The notes: generated by a model from the sequence alone, not told the origin. DNA of 64,000 nt from Owenia fusiformis (GCA_903813345.2 CAIIXF020000001.1:1674001-1738000); one strand, 5' to 3'; positions 39,641 through 52,888 are shown, counted from the first letter of the stretch. Numbers and translations: made by a program.

Positions 39641-42572
39641 ATGGTATGGGTTCGAAAGCCAAGGACGTACGTGTCCCCGGGTCAGCCAAGACTGCAGAAA
39701 AGGTAAGAGTATGTGAATTGGATATTGAAATGTATCATGGTTTGTCAACATTGTTGATTATTGTGTTAAATTGAGGATGGGTGAAAAAGTTCAACAAACA
39801 CAATACCTCAAACCTAGCATGAAGAAATAATAATCTCATTTCTTCATCCTAGCTCAAACCACCACTGTTGAGTAAAACCGATACCATAAACGCGGTCATA
39901 CTTGGGGGTACACATTGTGGGATCCACAGCCTTTACTATCCTTTTGGAATAGTTCAGACTAGATCTATCTACCCTTCCCCCACGAGTGTATGAGATCGTT
40001 GATCCACGTTGATGTGTGTTCGGTTTGGGAGGTGGTTTTACCCGGGCGTACCATGATATTTTTATATGTCTCTGGATAAACAATGAGTTCTTCAATAGTC
40101 ATATTTTAAACGATTTTTAAGTTTTTGAGTTTTTAATGAAATGATATTTGGATGATAAAATTGTTTTCAAAGTTTGCAAAGGGGTTTTCTACATTCGGCA
40201 TGTTGAGGTCGCATTGGTCTTCATAATCGAGATAAAAGTTTGTTTTCTTACCCCCATGACCTTTTTCAAACCTGATTTCGCTTTTTTAAAGAACGCTTTT
40301 TTAAAGAACGCACCATTCACCTTTTTAAAACTACAAAAGTCAAATTCCTTTCTGTATAAGAAATCAACCGACCAACCAGAATCAGTATCAAAGGATGTAT
40401 AGAAACGAAAGAAATTTACAACAAAGTTGCAAAGCTTTGTATAATAAACCTCGTAAAGCACTTGGGGCATGGTTCAGTCTTTGGAGGATTCAATTTTTGT
40501 AATATTAAGATTATTCAATCTCCCGTGCTGAATTGTAGATGTATTAATACACTCGTAGGCCTACATGTATGTCTTATAGATCTAACATTTGTCTAGTCAA
40601 AATGCCAGAATTGCAAAATTGTTTATCTTTGTTATTTCAACCTTCATCTTTGCGCAATTGAAATGCTCGTTCACTATAGAAGTAATCTACACTAAAAAAA
40701 TCAGTATTTTTCCACATTTAGATTATTACAGCCCTGTCTATATCATCATTCAATTTGGAACCAGATAGCGAATTATCATCCACAGTTTCACATATTTGAA
40801 ACTAATGTAATCTTTGACTAGACGAGTTTCACAGTACAAATACTATGAGAGCACTTAACTTAATACATCTAGGTAAGCATTAGCTAAGATTGAATAATCT
40901 TTTAAAACTTTAAAAATTGAACCCTTCAAAGACTGTATCACGCCCCACGTACGTAAGTCGTTGGTACGTTGGTGCGAGGTACGAGTTTTTTATACAAAGC
41001 CAAGTTGCAAACCATCCTTCCCAATAATGTCAACGGTTCGTGTTTTAAAACGGAAAACATCCGTTGTAAAACAGAATATATATGGATATACATGTAGTTA
41101 TCTAAATGGCATATACATGTATTTATTCAGCTTTGGGGTTTATTTTCAGATTGCCACAATCTCAGCAAGCAGCACGTCTACCTACTCAGCCACATAATCC
41201 AGTTCCTCATGCTCGGCGACAAATACCCAAAACTCACGATTATGTCAACATACGTCCACAGTCATATGATGCAACCAGGCAAAGACCTAATCCTGAAAAG
41301 TTACCAACTGCACCTAAGGTTCGTCCGAATCCTGAGACGAAGGACCATTATTTTGAAAAATGGACACGATTCAGAACGAAAATGAACAAAGGACTTATCG
41401 AAATGATACGCAATCCTAAACTAAAGAAACGCCTGGACAATGGTGCCGTTCCTTTCTTCCGCGTAGATAGTAGAACATGTCACTACGCTTTGGATCACGC
41501 TACACAAGAATATATAGAAGGCCGCAAAGTGTCGGCCAACCTCCCCGCTGAGACGTTCGTAGAATTTGGGATACCAAGAGCAAAGTTTGTTCGAAATTGG
41601 GACGGTTGGTCCGAACCCAAACCCAGGTCTCCAAGGTATATGACCAAGAGGGCTGAATCTTGGTCGGATAGACATATTAACAATCTAGAATCAGTAACCA
41701 AGAGTGAGTCGTGGTCGGATTTGAACAGCAACACTAGATATGGAAGACGATCAAGAGCCGAATCGACTCAACCAAGAATCTTAGAAAGGACCGATTGGGA
41801 TGAATATGGTAGTAGTGAAGATGACTTTGTATCTGTTCCGAAAGAGGATGATCATATTCGAGTAACGCAGTCACAAAGCTTTAGGTCGCCATATCCAAAG
41901 TACGGCTCGCTAATTAGGGAGCCCTCATTTGATCAAGTTGATCTTAATAGTCCTCCAATGAGTAACAGTGATTCTAAAGATGATGACATATCTAATGTTA
42001 ACGGAGCGCCAACAGACTTTGAAGCATTGTCTTTCTACCGTGCTACTGGCAAAAACGAGTTCCTTAAACCAAAGAAACGCCAGGCTCCTCTTCCTCCGAT
42101 AGCGCCACCTCCCCCACCTTTGCCACCTCTTCCCGAGTCATTGCCGCCCCTTCTATCGCCTATTTCTGGGGTAAAGGATTTATCCGATGTCTCCACAACA
42201 CTGAGAGATCGCAGTCGCTACACTGGAGATAGTTTAATCCCGGCATTCACGCGAAATAATCACGATGGGTCATTGGGAGGGAAGAGACCTTCTATAGATC
42301 TTGACTCAACAACCAGATTCAAGTTACGGAGTTGGAGCGGAGGGGTAAGCAACTCGTACACACGAGATCCAACGTCTTCATACAATAGAACAGAAGTCAC
42401 GGGTAATAAACGGGATACGACCCCTATGGAAAAACACCACGGTGATAATACGCCCAGGGTGTCTCAGAAATCCCTAGGGCCCGGTGACTTTAGGATACGT
42501 AATACGAATCCCACGTTGTATATGGTGGACGGGGATGAAAGCTCCGAGTCGGACACTGATATCCTTTATTAA
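39641..42572 (+). CDS. Uncharacterised, largely disordered Ser/Pro/Arg-rich protein, about 494 aa; exons 39641-39702 and 41150-42572
   Basis: 1.4-kb open, GC-elevated exon with acceptor tattttcag at 41149. The upstream exon MVWVRKPRTYVSPGQPRLQK ends in phase 2 (AG|gtaaga) and joins in frame. In-frame TAG at 39608 precedes the ATG. No domain recognised. Confidence 0.8.
40434..41000. mobile_element. TIR-bounded element in the orphan gene intron; right arm related to 19910-19996
   Basis: Degenerate inverted arms of about 90-110 bp (GCTTTGTATAATAAACCTCGTA / TACGAGTTTTTTATACAAAGC; AAGATTATTCAATCT / AGATTGAATAATCTT). AATTGAACCCTTCAAAGACTGTATCA is shared with 19916. Confidence 0.7.
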
Positions 42573-43358
42573 CAGTGATTGGATTCAACGGGAGTGCAAT
42601 TGTCGAAGTGCTACAAAATGAGATTCGGGACTCTAAGAAATCACATGATGCTCAACGTATAGGTTGTTCTTCACCCCTGTAATCTCATTGTTTGTGTAAA
42701 TATTCTTGTATTGAAATAACTTACGGCACTCAGAATACATATTCGGATATTATTAATGAAAAGTTTTAAATTTTCTTCATCCTAATTTAACCCCTTGAAT
42801 TCTTTGCCATACTCAACAGTCGAATTTGAGATGAGACAAAAGCCTTATATGAAAATTAAAGGGCCACAGAAAGAATTTCAGAATAATTTGTAGTGTAACC
42901 ATCTGCAAGACCAAGTTTTCGAAGCTTTAGTGTTTTAAAGGAATCAAAATCACTTTTAAATACGCTTTAACTTGTAACAAATCGGTTAGACGTTAGTATG
43001 TGAATGATCATTGTCATCGCATTAGATTGATCATTGATGGGGCATGGCTGGAGGACCTCCATAAAGTAGTTAGCTTATGAGCTCCTTCATAATATGGATG
43101 TTAAATTGGCAGTTTCACAAAGACATGTAACGGAAACGGATTGTACATGTTATATATTAAATGATAAAACTTGAGTGTTTTCTTTAACGACGGTATTGGC
43201 CGAATTCCATGAAAGCGTATACTACATCATAAATCTGTATTGTAAAGAAAAATATGAAAAACTACGAAAAAATAATCTGAGATGAAATACTGTCTTCGAG
43301 GTTAAGGCACTACGCGATCGACCAAAGTGAAATATGGTCTTTTGGAGGTTAAGGCCCA

Positions 43359-43530
43359 AGTTCAGTTCAGTTCAGTTCAGTGTCTTTATTTCCTCCACAT
43401 AGGTGAAGATTTAAACATTACATATAATTACAGACAATTCACATTAACAAATTATTTACATTTGTACATATTATTACATATAGATTTACATTTAGAGTTT
43501 TTACATTTCCGTTTGTTTGATAACTGTTTT
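43359..43530 (-). mobile_element. Short retroelement 3'-end remnant with (CTGAA)n tail; relative at about 14083-14145
   Basis: (GTTCA)4 followed by CTTTATTTCCTCCACATAGGTGAAG. 14116-14142 reads CTTTATTTCCTCCAAATAAGTAAAG after a degenerate pentamer tract. Confidence 0.55.
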
Positions 43531-44121
43531 AATGGATGGATGCAGAGTACGCTTACGCGATCGACCAAATTGAATTATGGCCTTTTGGAGGTTAAGCCCC
43601 AGGACATGAATACAGAGCGCAGTTGGTCGTGTAGGAAAATGAAATCGAACAGAGATAATTCGATGCATGTTAAGTTGATATATAAATTGTATTTACACTG
43701 GGTTCAATATATCCTTGTAATATAGCCCATATTTTTTACTTCTATATCGAAGGTTCGAAAATAGCATAAGTACAATGACTGATCAAAAACAGACTTTAAA
43801 TTTCTAATTGACGACAATTGCAAAGTTGCAAAAATCGTCCCACTTGTCCTACCTGTAGGTTAGTCAGTGCATATTCTAGAGACAATAAATGGTGTCAAAA
43901 TACCAGTCCAAAAATTGATGACGCCACGCACTCATTTTCAAAAGTTACCAATAGCCCAAGTCGGACATTTTGTATGAGATAGTCACCAATGCTGGTGTTC
44001 TTGTTCCTTTGCCGGTTAACATTAGAAAGATCGTAATAACTGTGTTTCCACGGTGTTGATGTTTCCATGGAAGTGCTGTTTCTATGGTTGTGTTGTTTCC
44101 ATGGTAGTGCTGCACAATGTT

Positions 44122-45676
44122 TTAACTGCAAGTTGTACTGATCCCTTGGTATAATCTTGATCTCATAGGCCACTTCTGAAAAAAATAATTACCCAAATCG
44201 TTTTTACAAATTACGCTTTCAGCATCTTTCTGGTCAATCTTTCACTCTTGACACTCTTGATCTACTTGTACGCGATTCAGTTTTGAAATTTTTCATATAT
44301 TGGTCGTTTCAACCTTGTACTAGGGATGTCAAAAATAAGCGAACTCACTAATTACCTCGGTTTGTACCCGTTTATGTTAAACAGATGCCTTTATGATGGT
44401 AAAAAACAAAATTTGATTATCAGAAATTGGGTAAATTGGTATATATATTGTATATGTATCATTCATAACATGAATGAAAACAATCCAGAAATAAAGTGAT
44501 CTAAGTCGACGATGCAATTTAAGTAGAAAGTACCCCAAAGCTTACTCCATTGAACGCTTTACAAAAACATCATCATTGAGAAACGTACACCAAAATGGGA
44601 AGGTTGCAAAAAATGGACGAAAGTCTAAGATTTCTAAACATTGTTTCATTTTTTACATGTTTTGGGCTCATAGCTGAATTCTAAAGATTTTTTACATTTA
44701 TCTATGGATTCTAAAGATTTCTACATTTATGTGTGTGAATTTATAATTTGGGGAATTTATACATTTTGTGCATCAATTCTTAAACATATCAAATCAATCA
44801 ATGGGCCCTTTATCATTCCAAATGCGATATTTGAAATGATTCATGATATCGTATCAAATGGTGAGGATTAAAACCATTGCATTAAAAGTAACTTTATTTT
44901 GTAACTTTATAGCACAAAACGGCAGTAGTAGATGCCCAACTGGGCGTAATAAAGGAATCATCCTTATCCAAATTGCATATTTTTTATGATCGAAATTGAA
45001 ATGCCAAAGGAATTCTTATTTTATGCAGATCTCCGTATTATAATTACATTGAATATTAAATATTAAAAATCAAACGTTAGCTTGATTTTTGAAAAACATT
45101 AACAAGAGATGTCATGAAAGTAAAAAAATACTAAATAAGACGCATTTGAAAAGCTGCCAGAGATTGACAAATCCTGTATATTGGGGTATTCAGTCTGTAT
45201 AGAGGTCTTACCTTTACTGGGTGGAGGTATTCCTTGGCGTGGTGACCTCCTGTTGTAGGTTGGCTGACACAACTGAGGTCCTCACTTTGTGATTCTTCCA
45301 ATGTCCGCATCAATTGAGAAATATAAGTCGTAGCAAGCACTAAAACGTCCAATTTTGATAGTTTAGTATCAGGAGGTACACACGGTAATGCACGTTGTAG
45401 TTCAAGAAATGCACTTCGTAAAGTTTGTACACGTGAGCGTTCTCTCGCAGCGTTGTTATCACCAAGTGATTGCCCCTCACTTTGGGTTTTATTGATTGAT
45501 TCAATATTCTGTCCAGTTGTCTTATCATCTTTTCGATTCTCTCGATTTCTTTTATTCGGGGCAGAATTAATAATATTACCTCTCTTGCGTTTGGGGTGCT
45601 TCACTGATGTATCAGTATAGAGGCTGGTGAATTCCAGTCCATTTGTCTTTGAGGATGTGTTCATTATATCAACCAT
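44122..45676 (-). CDS. TCF24: bHLH transcription factor of the TCF23/TCF24 family, about 172 aa; exons 45676-45212 and 44175-44122
   Basis: b[51 protein letters not shown]. The family C-terminal motif [15 protein letters not shown] is reconstituted across a phase-0 GT-AG intron. Confidence 0.92.
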
Positions 45677-45779
45677 TCTTGTCTCCCGGTACTCCGCTTA
45701 AAAGCGCAGGTCTGAGTCTGATGTGAGTTGGAATTTGCTGATTCCGATTGGTATTCTACTCAAATCAATGTAAACGCCC

Positions 45780-45785
45780 TTTATA
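45780..45785 (-). promoter_or_regulatory. TATA box of the TCF23/24-like gene
   Basis: Minus-strand TATAAA(GGG) about 105 nt upstream of the ATG in a CpG-richer stretch. Confidence 0.55.
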
Positions 45786-47411
45786 TCACCACGATCCGTT
45801 GCGCAGTCTTAAGTATGGTTGCATCAGTGTAAGTCCGCATTGCCCGGGGGTCGAAGCGATTTGGTTGCAGGAGATTACGTTGTCGAGTAGAATTGGCGTC
45901 GCTTGGCTGCGGGATGAAATCTTATTTAGACAACTCGGTTGATCCTGTAATAGTTGTTACATTAACAGTTCATTTGCTGATAACCCGCCACCAATAGTTC
46001 TTGGTATGATGTTTTGGGATTGAGATAGACAGAGATTGTGTTACTTGGCTGTAACCAGAGCTATACATAACACGTCAAACAAAACTATGCACCTTGATCA
46101 GTTGATTTGGCTCCCCGGACGCAGGGAATCTTAATCGTGGAGGGGCCGTCATATTGATTTTATGATTATTAACTTAATTAAGGAACACCGTCAGTAGGTG
46201 GGTCGGAGCTTGCTCTCTGCTCACGTGACCCACGTAATATCCTTTAACAAGATGCGATGTAATTTTAATTTCAAAGTTAACTTCGACAAATCTTAGATGT
46301 ATAAATTGTTCTAAAACAATTCCCTAAATGGTTTGAGGGGTGTTATGTATAAGAGCAAACAACATGAATAATTTTTTTAAAACTGCGTTTTTTCATAAAG
46401 TAAATGTTTATTTTCAAATTTTTGCAATAAATTCAATTCTGGGATTTAATAACTTGTTTTACACCAAAAGTGATTGAATACATTAATTCAGATACAGAAT
46501 AATACTACTTAAAACTATCGGTGGCAAATTTGGAATGATGCGATTATACAAGGATGGGTTGGACAAATAGTCCTGTCTTCGGAGAATTATAAAGAATGCA
46601 TTCATTGTTTTCGATGACAATAAAAATCAATTCAAAGAACAATAGAATACATTCACAAGTATGAACTATTTGTAAGTAATTGTAATAAAAAAGCTCATTT
46701 CTGAGTCTTATAACCAAGTTTTCTTAAAGTACACCTTGACACGGACGATAAGATATCATGTCTCGTTTTTCAGATATTATATTTGGGATAGTTTTAAAGA
46801 TGAGCAATGGTTGGTTTGTTGAATTCGGTCCTTGCAAATATTCTTATCTAGCCATCGAAGGCACATTCTACGACTAAAGTGGGCTGGAAATGTTCATCTG
46901 GTCTCAATATGATTTTGATATCAATACCTGGAAAACAGACTTCAGTTCCTGCTCCCCGGGTAATATTGCTAATAACGCAGTTGATCCTAAATAAATTGAA
47001 CAATTCGACAATCTCTTTCCATTATATTGTTTACATCTAAGTCAATTGCAGTGTTTTCCTAGCAAGGATAAAACGATTTGGATTCAGATCCAAACAAAGT
47101 CTGGAACCCCCAGAGTCGATATGTTGGTGTTGTGTTACCCTCATGTGGTTTAACAGATACCTTCCTACATTTTTTATCTATAAATAGTGTAAATTAAAAC
47201 ATGTTTGACGTTTTTAAATAATATTTGACGAATCTAAATCTGATAAACTCGTTCTTAAATTGAGATTGCATCCAGGCTAGAGATGATTGAGATGATTTAT
47301 CAAAAATTGTTATCAAATATTTTTTCTGGAATTTAAATTGGTATTAACTTGTATTGCTCTACGACTAAAACATTACTATCAAAAATTATGGTATATACGC
47401 CACTTGGGGTG

Positions 47412-47695
47412 CACTCTTAAAAATGAATTACTTGAGTATTTCCCAAGTATTTCCCAAGTATAAAAATTACTTAAAGTTAAATACTTAGTTTTACTTCATT
47501 TTACTTAGGTTTAACTTATATTGTCATTTTGAGTTTTTTAATTGCTTAATTATGTAAATGAGTATTACAATTACTACAGTAAGTATTTCAATTTCTCTCC
47601 TTGCATTAGTAAATTCACCATAAATGAATTACTTAAAAATTACTTAAAGATATAATTACAATATAAGGAAATCCAAGTAATAATTTTTAAGAGTG
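47412..47695. mobile_element. CACT-terminated AT-rich MITE
   Basis: CACTCTTAAAAAT ... ATTTTTAAGAGTG termini with internal AATTACTT repeats. Confidence 0.7.
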
Positions 47696-48883
47696 TCTTT
47701 TTCATGTTATATACGAAATATTGTATGATGGAATTTTGAATTGAATTGAAAACGTGTGAATCCCTGAAACAAATTATCATCAGTTTTGTTAAACCCTATA
47801 ATGTATAGAGTAATAAGTATGTGGGTCGAATAACATTTCACACGTTGGTGAATGTTTTCTGAAATGCGTTTATCAAATCAACAAGAAACCCTTAAAGTAG
47901 TTCAAAGGAGAGAACGTAAACATGAACAAAAAATGTAATTTGCTCAATTATCTATATCTGTTTCCAACAAATAGAAAAATAAACATGTGTTTCTTTATAT
48001 AGATATTGATAGCAGATTACTATAATCGAATGTTTTGATCAAGATTGATCGATCCCCACTATTTTACATTTGAATGTCTTAAGGATTCAGCTGCTCCTTT
48101 GCTTCGGGCTTTGCTTCAACAAAAAATTAAAATTACATTTTTAAAAAGCATTGTTCATATGAAGTAGCATTTTGAATCCTTCAAAAATTATTTAAAGTTA
48201 AAAAGTATACATATTCTATTTGGACAGCTTTCGTGTTTCCTTACAAACGTGTATAGTTAATATTATCCCTTTTAGGGGAAATGAGAAATTGGTATGAAGG
48301 GATACTGGAGAAGTAGGGCAGCAAAAGTTCCAGGACCACAGTTGGCCCAATTACGGCGTGTCACGTTGCTTTACTCCAATTACCATCTCCTTTAAAGATC
48401 TAAATAAAACAATGAATACGAGAAATAAACATATTTCACATCCGCCCGTGTTTTTTTATTAACCTGACATTTCCTGATCAAAATATTATATTAATTATGA
48501 CACGTATATTTCATTTGAAATGATGATCTATTAGAAAGATCAGAAGATTTCATTCCAGTCACATCGGAATATGTAGACATTATTTCACAAATACTTTGAC
48601 GAACACATAATATGTAAAAAATTTAAAAAGTCAAAAAGGAAAACGTACAAAATCGTTGATTCGGACCCTTTGATAATTAATTTTTTTACATATTGTTTTC
48701 ATCATAACTCTGGAATTAGTGAAACCTCGAGTATGGGCTTCTTTTATTTCATTTTTACCAAAGTTATGTTAAACCTTTTTCGTCGGCTACATGGGGGTTT
48801 CTCCGCTACAGTGGAGGGGGGGGGGTAATCATGAACTACATTTAGATATATTTTACCATGTGCCATGCCAATCCTTAATATAC

Positions 48884-49328
48884 TAGATGCGAGTAGAAAT
48901 AATCTTGATTTACGTCATTAAATATTCAAAATTCAGTCAAAGTGATGTCATATTTGAAATCTATTTGTAAAAGTACTTCTAGAAATACGGTTTCGAAAAT
49001 TGTTTATCAACTTTGCAAATTTAATTTCTTTTGAAAATGGGACTTCTAGTTCGGGGAGACTCCCCGTAGATCCCATGTTATAAAATCACAACAAAAAGTG
49101 AGATATCTTTTCATGTATTGGGCAGATATTTTCTTTTACTGGACATATTGTAACTTGCATAACTAATAGATACATAAGGGTGATATGGAAATTGAACCAC
49201 TAAACTGATAACTATTTAAGTTAAAGGGAAATCGTGCGAAGATGGAACTTTCTACTATAGCCAGGTGCTGACCTGAACGAACCACCTGGTAGTGAAACTG
49301 GTAACTACCTAGTCGCATCTGAGTTATT
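48884..49328 (+). mobile_element. About 440-bp dispersed element with short TIRs, copy 2
   Basis: Matches 4302-4731 along its length; termini AGATGCGAGTAG and CTAGTCGCATCT. Confidence 0.85.
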
Positions 49329-50302
49329 GACCGACGTGATTCATGATGATGTGAATACGTTCATGTATTCGGCTTTTTTCGTCATATTGTCCTCCGATTC
49401 AATATGTACAGGGTGAGCCAAAAAAAGATAACCCAAACAATTTTAATAGCTCCGTCATTCAGCATCCATGGCTTTAACGTCCCCTTTGGTACAATTAACA
49501 TTGTTCAATGTTCTTTCTTTCTACCAAGTTTCAAGATGGTGGTGTTTTATTCCTGATTAGCGATGTATGATAAGCGTTATCAAAGAATATTATTGATAAA
49601 ATTATAAGGTATGATCTATGCAGTCAATATTACCTAAAGTCAATATCTTATTATCTGATGATAAAGCCTTACTGACCAAAAATAACCTGTTCATTCCATC
49701 AATATTACACCATCAAGAGAATATGATGGACGGACAATTTGTTAAAATCATCTTCACCAGGTCATCCTTTGTTGAAACTCAGGATTGGTTTACCTCTACA
49801 GTTGCTTCTTTTTGATAACAACACATGAAGATGTTTTGAAATTTCATGTTTATAGCCTATATATTTCATAATTTATTAAAGATCATATCCAGGATCATAT
49901 CTGACCATATAAGCATACAGTATTTCTATAATTATTTTATCACAAGCAAAGGCATTGACATGCAAAATGTCACCACCTGCCATTTATTACAGACGCCAAC
50001 TGCTTCTTAACAACAGAATCATTTGCAATATATGAGGACTAGGCTGTTTTTATTCAAAATGAAAAAGTCCCCAAATTAAGAAAGTCACAAATTTTGGACT
50101 GGAAAAGTTAGGAATGCCACCTAAACATATATCTAATTATATGGGCCTTGCCTTGTCAATTTATGCTAATGTTATTTACATTATACATCAACTATACATT
50201 TTCAATATTACCAAATAGTTATTGAAAAATACACAATTTCATTCACAACTAAATAAGAGTAAAAGATGTTCATAACATAACAAGTAAATCAGAATAATAA
50301 TT

Positions 50303-50499
50303 CAGTGATCTCCCCGGCATTAAAGCAAGTGGGCGCAGCACCCACCTGAGATTTTGAAAAAAGGCTTGCACCCACCTGAAAATTGATTTGCACCCACTTG
50401 AAAATCATAAAAAATTGGCATATTTTTGTCCAATTTCGGTCTGAATTGTGAAAATGAGAATTTTGCACCACCTGAGAAAAAATCCTGGGGAGATCACTG
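50303..50499. mobile_element. MITE with 5-bp target-site duplication TAATT
   Basis: TAATT|CAGTGATCTCCCC ... GGGGAGATCACTG|TAATT, with internal GCACCCACCTGA repeats. Confidence 0.8.
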
Positions 50500-51142
50500 T
50501 AATTGAACTTAAAACCCCAAAATCAGGGTTCATACTCCATGTTGATTTTAACATGAAACAGTGTTACCTGAACACATCATTGCAGATTCATAAAATACAA
50601 TGTTGTCTTAATTGAGACTAAACAATGACAAAGTCTATTGTTATCTTTGATCTATCCTTTGTAATAATAATGTCTCATAATATAATACCAGAGATTCTTG
50701 TAATGGCATTGAATAATAATGATCCACTACACACATAAATGAATGGAGGGCATAAAAGCAATTCTTTCCATCTAACATTTCTAAATGAATGCCAATGAGT
50801 ATTCTTTTCCTTTCATTTTATGAAGCGTTGCCATTCTGAATTATTACACAATGCAAAATGTTTACTCTTGAATCTTGACTAGAATTTTTATTGCAAACAG
50901 CAAGCTCAACAAAGAATTTCTAATGTCTAAAATGAAAGCTTGAAAATCCCAATCAAAACAATTTTTTCTTAAATGGGTAAGGCTTGTTGAGCTTAATATT
51001 TAATGACCCATCCCTCAAACCCAATGACATTCACTCAATGTGACTAAAATCTCAGAGCAATAAATAAGCATACTCTCAAAGAGAATGGAGATCATATGAT
51101 CATGTATGTCACCAGGACAAAATAATATGAACATCATAACTA

Positions 51143-51320
51143 CAGTAAAACCTGTCAAACCGGAACACATTTGGTAACTCTAAAAAGTGTCCCGCCTGGG
51201 AGGTGTTCCACTTATGGAGGTTCATTTAACTTAGAGTTGGTTGGCCTTGGGACTCTGAAAAGTGTTCCTCAATCAGAGGTGTTCTACTTGTAGATGTGTT
51301 CAACTTTACAGGCTTCACTG
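51143..51320. mobile_element. pogo/Tigger-like MITE, copy 1
   Basis: TA|CAGTAAAACCTGTCAA ... TTACAGGCTTCACTG|TA; similar to 59272-59432. Confidence 0.8.
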
Positions 51321-51544
51321 TACTAACACTTCCTTCAATTTCCCCTTTTTCAGAGTGAATAACATGTGCCCTCTACATATATAAATGTGGAGTATTATTG
51401 ATACACTTTCTGTTATAAGTCTCATATTATTTTCCTCTGTAGTGGCATTGCTCCGCATCGCAGGCACCATATTCTTGTAAAAGATTATTTTCATAATATC
51501 TCAATAAATAAAACAATATCATCCTATCATTGTTGTATAGTACA

Positions 51545-52039
51545 TTAAATGTTAAGATTATTGCAGAATGTTATAATTGGCTCTTTTGTCATATAGCACA
51601 ATGTCTTGAATAATGGTGATCCACTACAGACACAGTCTGTGTAGCGCCCACTATAAGTGTATCCTTGTTTTATAAAAAATTCAACTGAGCCGATAGCACT
51701 TTCAACATGAATTGGACGCCTCACAGTCTTCATCATGTCAGATTCTATGAAATTGAGCAACCACTTGCCATACCCAAGTCCTTGCCAATGGCCTTTGATA
51801 AATAGAAAACTAAGAAAATGATTATAATTTTCTTCGTTAGGGTCAGTTTGTGTTGGAAGAGCAATCGTATAACTGGCAGCTCCTATTAGTACTTTCTTTC
51901 CTGTTTCAAGTATATATTCATATGCGAAGACAACTTCACTCTCCTCAGGTGGGTTGTAAGTCTCCCCTGTAGTGTCTCTTGCCACTTGTCGGAATAAATG
52001 ATTGCTCTTGTTTCCCTTTGCCTTCACAAGGCTCAACAT
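51545..52039 (-). CDS. GNAT-family N-acetyltransferase-like protein, about 164 aa, single coding exon
   Basis: Acetyl-CoA-binding motif A (FLSFLFIKGHWQGLGYGKWLL) and motif B-like SVEFFIKQGY. Acceptor tctctttccag at 52047 sits just upstream of the ATG at 52039. Confidence 0.8.
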   Translation of the reverse strand: MLSLVKAKGNKSNHLFRQVARDTTGETYNPPEESEVVFAYEYILETGKKVLIGAASYTIALPTQTDPNEENYNHFLSFLFIKGHWQGLGYGKWLLNFIESDMMKTVRRPIHVESAIGSVEFFIKQGYTYSGRYTDCVCSGSPLFKTLCYMTKEPIITFCNNLNI

Positions 52040-52646
52040 CTTCAATCTGGAAAGAGACAAAATCGAAAGTTAAGCTCAAACTATTGTTTATGAATGATGT
52101 CTCTCACTAATCTAGTTGATGTGCCACTGTCTGCAGTGTCTGGTGTACATAATTAATTTCAACGAAAGCAACGAGATAAATAAGAAAAGGTCTTGGTAGA
52201 AAAACTTTTGAGAGAAATGTGTGACATTAACACATACTTCGAACCAAATGTGTGACATATATGGAATTCACGTGAAAAGTCAGAACGTAATGCTTTCGCT
52301 TTTTTTTTGTGTTCATTTTTTACTGTTTTGTTGATTAATAAAAATCAGATTTTTTAAACATCAACATAATGCGTGATTTGCATAACATTTTATCGGACAC
52401 GCAAAATTGATGCATGGTTTCAATTTTTCCAGCAAATGTGTGACAATCACGCCTAATGTGTGAGGGCAGCTACATCATGGGCTCTATATCAGGTGGTAGA
52501 GCCGATGGCTACATCGACATTGCATCCCTGTCTATATATATGCACCCATGGGTTTATACAATATTAGTAAACCTTCACCTACCTAATTTCAGGATATTAT
52601 TTTTGTTGCAACTTTGTAGGCATCATCATGTACTTGTAGATCTATA

Positions 52647-52883
52647 CAGTTGGGGACATAAATAAATGACAGGTGGATTTGCTGAAGTGAGGATTTCCCA
52701 TGTTAAAAATAAGAGAATTTACAAGAGGCCATAAATCAGTGGATGAGATTATACAAATTGTAAAATATACAAATTTTAAGGGATATGTATCTAGACAATA
52801 TTGGAAATTATGGGCTTTCAGACCACCATAATTAGGAAATGGTGATCGAAAATCGACCTGTCATTTATTTTTGTCCCCAACTG
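52647..52883. mobile_element. Tc1-like MITE
   Basis: TIRs of about 33 bp, CAGTTGGGGACATAAATAAATGACAGGTGGATTT / AAATCGACCTGTCATTTATTTTTGTCCCCAACTG. Confidence 0.8.
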
Positions 52884-52888
52884 GTAGA

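Noticed and set aside
45131-45211. C-terminal extension of the bHLH ORF ([10 protein letters not shown]...) and ORF 43895-44173
   Set aside because: The first is intron readthrough and the second is an off-frame reading of the true last exon KWPMRSRLY.
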